DNA of 20,000 nt, taken from the IMG/VR virus record IMGVR_UViG_3300027659_000012, one strand, 5' to 3'. Within the stretch, counting starts at the first letter, position 1. Every line of letters starts with the position of its first letter. This DNA comes from an uncultured virus (IMG/VR IMGVR_UViG_3300027659_000012) (taxonomy: Duplodnaviria; Heunggongvirae; Uroviricota; Caudoviricetes). The position numbers and the translations under genes were made by a program. Shown here one piece after another: positions 15,143-20,000 of the stretch. The notes beneath the pieces were generated by a model. It was given only the letters and a program-made list of their open reading frames with translations. It searched no databases and was not told where the DNA came from.

Positions 15143-16084
15143 TCACACGTTACGACAGGCAAACTCGATGGCTCGATCGGCCTCGACCTCAAGTGGACGA
15201 TGGCGATACCATCCACCGGTTTCGTCGTCGATCTCACGACACAACAGAGCCACTTCATTCGAGGTGATTGGGTATCCCTTGCGCATGGCAGTCGAGGCGA
15301 TGCTCATCATCATGGCGTACATCTTAGCATACCAGCCAGTCTCTTGAATGGCATGATACTCGGCCACGATTTTGCGATTCACAAATGGGCAATCTCGATA
15401 TGATGTCCATCGATAATTGGTATTCGTCAATTGGGTCTTGCGATACTCGTCAATCTTCTTTTGAATTGCCTCGGGAAATTTATTGGACATTCCCATCTTA
15501 TTCACTGCAGTGACGAAGGCATGACGCGACATCAGTTCATCCGGATCGATCATCGGCGCATCCTTATGTGAGAAGATGAACTGATAAGAATTCGGATACT
15601 GAGCCGGAACATAGTACATCCTCGACAAATCCTTGGTCTGCGGATCGCCGAGTGAAGCAAACTCCTTATTGAGCGCATACCAAAAATGTCGAATCTTCTC
15701 GGCCAAGATGGGTTTAGTCAAAGGCAAGATGATACGAAACTTTGGATGCTCCTTGGTGGATGAAGAGCTTGAGTAGCAGACAAAACGATTCTTCTTGAAG
15801 ACCTCAATGGCATCCTCAAACGAGGTGTCATAGTCATCGACATCCAGGGCAGCCCATCCACCCCATCCGATAACGTTTGCGTTACGCCGAAGATCATCCT
15901 TCTTGAACATGGCCGGAGAAATCAAGGCAGAACCTTGTGTCATCTCACCTTTCTTCGGTTTATATCCCGGTTGGCCACTCAACGAATAGAGCAATTCCTC
16001 AAATTTATCCCAATTCGAGAAACGCATCGAGCGATGAGTCTTATTGTCGAAGATCGACTTGAATATCGTCAGTCCGTATTCCAT
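15143..16084 (-). CDS. Archaeo-eukaryotic primase (AEP/PrimPol-like) with a helical C-terminal domain
   Basis: SPA.F...RR..NV...AALDVDD (DxD), YSSSSS...PKFRIILPL, DPQTKDLSRMYYVP; start MEYG at 16084, 1 nt after the upstream stop. Confidence 0.75.
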   Translation of the reverse strand: MEYGLTIFKSIFDNKTHRSMRFSNWDKFEELLYSLSGQPGYKPKKGEMTQGSALISPAMFKKDDLRRNANVIGWGGWAALDVDDYDTSFEDAIEVFKKNRFVCYSSSSSTKEHPKFRIILPLTKPILAEKIRHFWYALNKEFASLGDPQTKDLSRMYYVPAQYPNSYQFIFSHKDAPMIDPDELMSRHAFVTAVNKMGMSNKFPEAIQKKIDEYRKTQLTNTNYRWTSYRDCPFVNRKIVAEYHAIQETGWYAKMYAMMMSIASTAMRKGYPITSNEVALLCREIDDETGGWYRHRPLEVEADRAIEFACRNV

Positions 16085-16085
16085 G

Positions 16086-16571
16086 TTAAGCTTCGCCGAA
16101 TGCCTTCGTTGCAAGACCGTGATTACCTTCATGAGAAGGTGCCGTCCATCCCTCGGGCTTGACGAGGTCGGGAAGACCGAGTGGGTTCGGGCGAGATGCT
16201 TTGATGCCGACATTCTTGTTCATGTTTGCCTCCATCACCGCATACCATGCCTTGCTGAAATCTACCTTCAACAGATCGAGGGTGCCTACGGCAACTACAA
16301 CCAAATCGATTAGGCTATCGATAACTTCCTCGGCATTCTTCTCAACGATCGCCTTCTGGCCTTCGTCTACTTCTTCTTGAAGGAAGTTGAAGCGAAACTT
16401 GATGAATTCTACGAGTTGATCAGGAGTCAACTTATCAATGGCCTCTTGCACTCCATACTTGTTGTGCATCATATTCATGTCATCGGCAACTACTGTGATG
16501 GCGCCAAGATTATTTTGTATGAGATGCTGAATGCATTCCCATTGCGATTGTGCTGCTTCTTGTTTTGTCAT
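16086..16571 (-). CDS. MazG-like/PRA-PH all-alpha NTP pyrophosphohydrolase
   Basis: LQEEVDE...EVIDSLIDL...VMEANMNK...LVKPEGW.AP. Confidence 0.85.
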   Translation of the reverse strand: MTKQEAAQSQWECIQHLIQNNLGAITVVADDMNMMHNKYGVQEAIDKLTPDQLVEFIKFRFNFLQEEVDEGQKAIVEKNAEEVIDSLIDLVVVAVGTLDLLKVDFSKAWYAVMEANMNKNVGIKASRPNPLGLPDLVKPEGWTAPSHEGNHGLATKAFGEA

Positions 16572-16598
16572 AATGTGTGTGTTGTGTAGAAATATATA

Positions 16599-19130
16599 TC
16601 AACCGAAGAAATCCTCGAGACTCGAACGAGGTTCAGGACTCCATCCGATGGCATCCAGAATCAGGACCAATGGGTCAATGAATGCCTTCTGAAACTGCAT
16701 ATCATAGTCGATGTACTTGTGAAGTCCCAGTTCTTTTGGAAGTTTGTCAGGAAACGAAATGACATTCTCATTCAAGGAGTTTGGCATCTTGAGATATGAA
16801 TAGCGAATACGCTCGCCATTCTGAATCTGAGGATACTTCTTATCGAGACCGGCATCCTTGAGTGCTCGATTGTAGAGCAATGCACCACGACAATGAAGTG
16901 GAGTGCCTTTGGTGTAGATGGTGCTTTTGTTTGCCCACTTGCGAATGCTTGATAATCCACGAGGAAAAGAGATCTCCTCGGGTTCCATCGAACCGAATTG
17001 AATTCTAAATTCATTCAGAGCTCGCTGAGTGGCAGACTCGTCACCAGTCATAATCACCTTGAACATCTGCTTGAAAGCATCTCGGCAAATTGCAGGAGTC
17101 GAACTCTTAATTGCCTCGATGCCAACCATCTTGATCTTTGGCTCGGCATATCGAACACCTTCGTTGTCATGCACGTTCATGATGTAGCGCTTCTTGGCGG
17201 TCCAGATGGCACGATCGGCGATGGCTTCTCGCTTCATCACCATGGTATTCTTGAAAGCATTGGTCAATTTAGCGAGCTTTGCGAATGCCTCGGCCAGGAT
17301 GGGTTCGATACCTTTCGAGCCGAATTCATCCAGGAAATTGATAGGATTGACTGGTTTGAAGTGATCCACGATATCCTTCACAGAGACATAGAGCGAATCG
17401 GTGTCCATTGCGATGATGCGATCCTTAGGCTTTTTATCCTTTAGCATATTGGAAAGCCAATCATTGAGAGTCTCTTCACCCCAACGATTGACTAACTGAC
17501 CCGAGAGTGTGATACCCTCGGCGATGGCAAGATTGAAGTAGCGAAAGTATCGATTACCCATGGCACCATAAAGACTATTCAAAAGAATCTTGACCGTCAT
17601 CTGCTCGGTCTCGAGGCGAGCGATATCAGACTCGACCGCGAAATAGGTCTTGCGATCGCCTTTGTCCACCGACTCGAGCTTTTGTTTGGCATCCAACATA
17701 GCACGCTTGATCTTGACTCGCTTGTTGTAAAGCTCCTCGACGATTTCAGGAATGATGCCCATCTTATCTCGACGAAAGCATGCGCCATTTGCGGCCATCG
17801 CCAGGTTTGGTTCAGGAGATAGACACTCACCTTTGTTGGCGAGCACATAGTCCGGAGAAATACCGGGCACGTGCATGTGAGGAACCAAGGTTTCCGGACT
17901 CATGTTGTATTGAATGATCAGGTTCGGGTAGAGTGAGTTAAGGTCGAAGGACAATACCCAATCATACATGCCCGGAACTGGGTCTTTGACATATCCGCCG
18001 GGATAGTCTGCCTTAAAAGAGTTCTCGCTCTGAGGAACTGCGATGTGCTTCTGCGCCAATCGACGAAAGATAATCGAATCCCAGATTGCCGTAGTGCCGA
18101 GAGTTTCTTGATAATTTACACCACCGAGATAGGCCATATTGAAGACCAGATTGATCAGACCGAGCTTTGCCTCGAAGCGATCGACTAATTCTACGTCCTT
18201 GATGTTGTAGTCGACGTAAGTCTGGAAATCATTCTCGTAGAGTTTGATCAAGGAACCGTGTTCGCCGTAATCAAGCTTACGTTCACCGAGGACGACCTGC
18301 GCGATATGATCCAGCTTGTAGGATTCTTGGGCGCCATATGTGTAACCGAACTTTTTGAAGAGTTCAAGGTAATCGAGCTGCTGGACACCAGAGATATCGA
18401 AGAACATCATCTCGCGACCTTTGACAACCACTGTCTTCTGTTCGACCGACGACCAAGGCGAAAGACGTTTGGCTGTGTCTGTACCGAGGACGCGTGAGAT
18501 GCGATTCACGATGTAAGGAACATCGAAGCCACGAATATTCCAGCCAGTGATGACATCCGGCGTATTAGGAAGATCACTCCACCAGGTGATGAAGTCAGTG
18601 AGCATCTCTGCCTCGCTGTTGAAGCGACGATATTCCTTGCGAACACCTCCACGAGAGGTATCATATGCTTTCATTCCCCAGATTCGATAGACATCCTCCT
18701 TGCTCGACTTGAGGGCGATGGTCAAGATGGACTGCTCGGCCTTGTCGGGTTCAGGAAAGCCAGAGGAGTCATAGTGAGTCTCGATATCGATCGAGCAGAT
18801 GTCAATCAAGCGCTTGTCGAACTTGATCTCGCCAGGAAACTCGGCCTGAATAAAAGCCGGAATATGGCGATCATTGCCATAGATCTTGAACGAGTCGACC
18901 TCTTCGTAGGTCTTCATGAATTGGCGACAGTCCGACATGCTATCAAAGCGCATGGGCTCCACAGGAGTGCCATCTAAGGCTCGCCACTTGGTGTCAGGAG
19001 TCTTCGACTCGAGGTACATGACCGGCCGAAACTTGAACTTTTCATAGACCTTACGGCCATTTTCATCATATCCTCGATAGAGGAGGGAATTCATTTTGCG
19101 ATCGATACACGTATAGAAGCCATTTAGCAT
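16599..19130 (-). CDS. gp43: Family B DNA polymerase, T4 gp43-like (843 aa)
   Basis: ExoI DIET, ExoII WNIRGFD, ExoIII YNIKD, SFDLNSLYP, KILLNSLYG, DTDS, KKRY; C-terminal clamp-binding SLEDFF; start MLNGF at 19130. Confidence 0.97.
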   Translation of the reverse strand: MLNGFYTCIDRKMNSLLYRGYDENGRKVYEKFKFRPVMYLESKTPDTKWRALDGTPVEPMRFDSMSDCRQFMKTYEEVDSFKIYGNDRHIPAFIQAEFPGEIKFDKRLIDICSIDIETHYDSSGFPEPDKAEQSILTIALKSSKEDVYRIWGMKAYDTSRGGVRKEYRRFNSEAEMLTDFITWWSDLPNTPDVITGWNIRGFDVPYIVNRISRVLGTDTAKRLSPWSSVEQKTVVVKGREMMFFDISGVQQLDYLELFKKFGYTYGAQESYKLDHIAQVVLGERKLDYGEHGSLIKLYENDFQTYVDYNIKDVELVDRFEAKLGLINLVFNMAYLGGVNYQETLGTTAIWDSIIFRRLAQKHIAVPQSENSFKADYPGGYVKDPVPGMYDWVLSFDLNSLYPNLIIQYNMSPETLVPHMHVPGISPDYVLANKGECLSPEPNLAMAANGACFRRDKMGIIPEIVEELYNKRVKIKRAMLDAKQKLESVDKGDRKTYFAVESDIARLETEQMTVKILLNSLYGAMGNRYFRYFNLAIAEGITLSGQLVNRWGEETLNDWLSNMLKDKKPKDRIIAMDTDSLYVSVKDIVDHFKPVNPINFLDEFGSKGIEPILAEAFAKLAKLTNAFKNTMVMKREAIADRAIWTAKKRYIMNVHDNEGVRYAEPKIKMVGIEAIKSSTPAICRDAFKQMFKVIMTGDESATQRALNEFRIQFGSMEPEEISFPRGLSSIRKWANKSTIYTKGTPLHCRGALLYNRALKDAGLDKKYPQIQNGERIRYSYLKMPNSLNENVISFPDKLPKELGLHKYIDYDMQFQKAFIDPLVLILDAIGWSPEPRSSLEDFFG

Positions 19131-19136
19131 GACAAG

Positions 19137-19165
19137 ATTATACCACAAAGGGCGGGAGATGTACA
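19137..19165 (-). promoter_or_regulatory. Promoter TGTACA-N17-TATAAT (extended TGTGG) for gp43
   Basis: -35 at 19165-19160, -10 at 19142-19137; 6 nt separate the -10 box from the ATG. Confidence 0.8.
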
Positions 19166-19184
19166 TGACAAACTTCCGCCCTTT
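19147..19184 (-). terminator. Hairpin/terminator after hsp20, enclosing the gp43 -35 box
   Basis: AAAGGGCGGAAG...CTCCCGCCCTTTGT inverted repeat. Confidence 0.65.
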
Positions 19185-19209
19185 AGGAATTATTTTTAGT
19201 TTTTACAAT

Positions 19210-19635
19210 TTATTGATAGTGATCCTTCTTAGGAAGTTTTTCCTCAGGAAGTACTTGCTCCAGGATGATGGTCAAGATGCCATTTTCCAGATTAGATTCA
19301 ATCACCTCTACGTGTTCTGCCAGGACAAATTGGCGACTAAACTTGCGTGAACTGATTCCCTTATGGGAATAATCGCGTTCGTCTTTATCAGGTTTTTGAC
19401 CCGTAATCGTCAACGTGCTCTCGACGACCTCGATGTCAAGATCTTCTTGACGAAAACCAGCCACCGCAATTTCTACGGCGTGCTTATTCTCTCCGGCCTT
19501 AAAAACATTGTAAGGCGGGTACGAGGTCTGCTTGTTGTTTTGAAATATGGATTCAAGTTCGCCGAAGGCCTTTTCGAATCCGATACCGATATTTGGATGC
19601 CATGCTGAATGGCCTATTGTGTATGCTGTTGTCAT
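19210..19635 (-). CDS. hsp20: Small heat-shock protein (Hsp20/IbpA-like), C-terminus probably frameshifted
   Basis: IGF...YPPYN...IEIAVAGF-like...HKGISSRKFSRQF.LAEHV...LENGIL; AGGAG SD upstream. Confidence 0.93.
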   Translation of the reverse strand: MTTAYTIGHSAWHPNIGIGFEKAFGELESIFQNNKQTSYPPYNVFKAGENKHAVEIAVAGFRQEDLDIEVVESTLTITGQKPDKDERDYSHKGISSRKFSRQFVLAEHVEVIESNLENGILTIILEQVLPEEKLPKKDHYQ

Positions 19636-19727
19636 TTTTTTACTCCTAATTAAGCGAGTTTATGTTTCATATTACTATCGAACCCAATAAAGGCATTCGA
19701 CAGTTTGTAACCAGGATTGGCTACAAA
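19636..19727 (-). promoter_or_regulatory. Structured hsp20 5' leader (two hairpins plus CTCGCTT...AGGAG)
   Basis: TTTGTAGCCA-ATCC-TGGTTACAAA and CTGTCGAATGCC-TTTATT-GGGTTCGATAG stems. Confidence 0.6.
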
Positions 19728-19729
19728 AT

Positions 19730-19737
19730 TATTTATA
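19730..19737 (-). promoter_or_regulatory. T4-type late promoter TATAAATA
   Basis: Exact consensus immediately upstream of the hsp20 leader. Confidence 0.75.
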
Positions 19738-19750
19738 CGACCGATCGAAA

Positions 19751-20000
19751 TTATTTCGATCTTTTTTCGGTAAATTCAGAGAAAGTCAAGAGGTTCCGAG
19801 ATGAAATGATCTCGAAGAAAGTCTTGGCATCCGGATGATTGATCTTATTGTATTCAAACTCGATCTTACTTTCAATCGGACGATAGTGAAGAGTGCATGT
19901 CTTAGGAACGATGAGCAGCTGACCGGTCGTGGCCATTTCTGCTTTTTCAGTATCGCCCTTACGAACCGGATTCATGAAAGTATCCTTATTCGGTTGATCA
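19751..20000 (-). CDS. 5'-truncated hypothetical protein
   Basis: Frame stays open upstream of ATG 19975 to the window edge (DQPNKDTF-MNPV...). Confidence 0.6.
   Translation of the reverse strand, partial: DQPNKDTFMNPVRKGDTEKAEMATTGQLLIVPKTCTLHYRPIESKIEFEYNKINHPDAKTFFEIISSRNLLTFSEFTEKRSK

Noticed and set aside
11009..16213. ORF-track N-terminal extensions (starts 11113, 12012, 12568, 13072, 14080, 16213)
   Set aside because: They overlap upstream genes extensively; downstream ATGs adjacent to the previous stop fit better
16599..19166. Intein/intron in the polymerase; longer start at 19166
   Set aside because: Length and motif spacing are normal for gp43; the upstream extension would run through the promoter and hairpin
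16998..19608. Plus-strand ORFs within the polymerase and hsp20 (and similar ones elsewhere)
   Set aside because: Antisense shadows of well-supported genes, with no motifs or expression signals
1..20000. Frequent TCGA/GATC words as a special signal
   Set aside because: Plausibly explained by ATC-GAN codon pairs; I cannot test enrichment without computation
1..20000. tRNA/rRNA genes, transposases, alternative genetic code
   Set aside because: No cloverleaf or IS features seen, intergenic gaps are short, and conserved genes translate full length in the standard code

Overview
Fragment of a large T4-like (gp43/gp42-type) lytic phage genome; all but one real gene is on the minus strand. The right end is a replication block: Hsp20, family-B DNA polymerase, a MazG-like NTP pyrophosphohydrolase and an AEP-type primase. 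The left end is a DNA-modification block: a T4 gp42-like dCMP hydroxymethylase, a Nmad1/DUF1599-type pyrophosphatase and a >=377-aa ORF missed by the ORF track that resembles aGPT-Pplase/amino acid:DNA transferases, together suggesting a non-glucosyl hmC hypermodification. Between them lies a variable region of small ORFs driven by a repeated TGTACA-N16/17-TA(G/T/A)AAT promoter. It includes a GC-richer island (about 8790-10930) of modular HxxxGPA 23-aa repeat units fused in frame, with attC-like half-sites. Also seen: probable leaderless transcripts (including the polymerase), two TATAAATA late promoters, a double-hairpin hsp20 leader and a probable 1-nt frameshift removing the Hsp20 IXI motif. 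All family calls come from motif recognition by eye; no searches were run.
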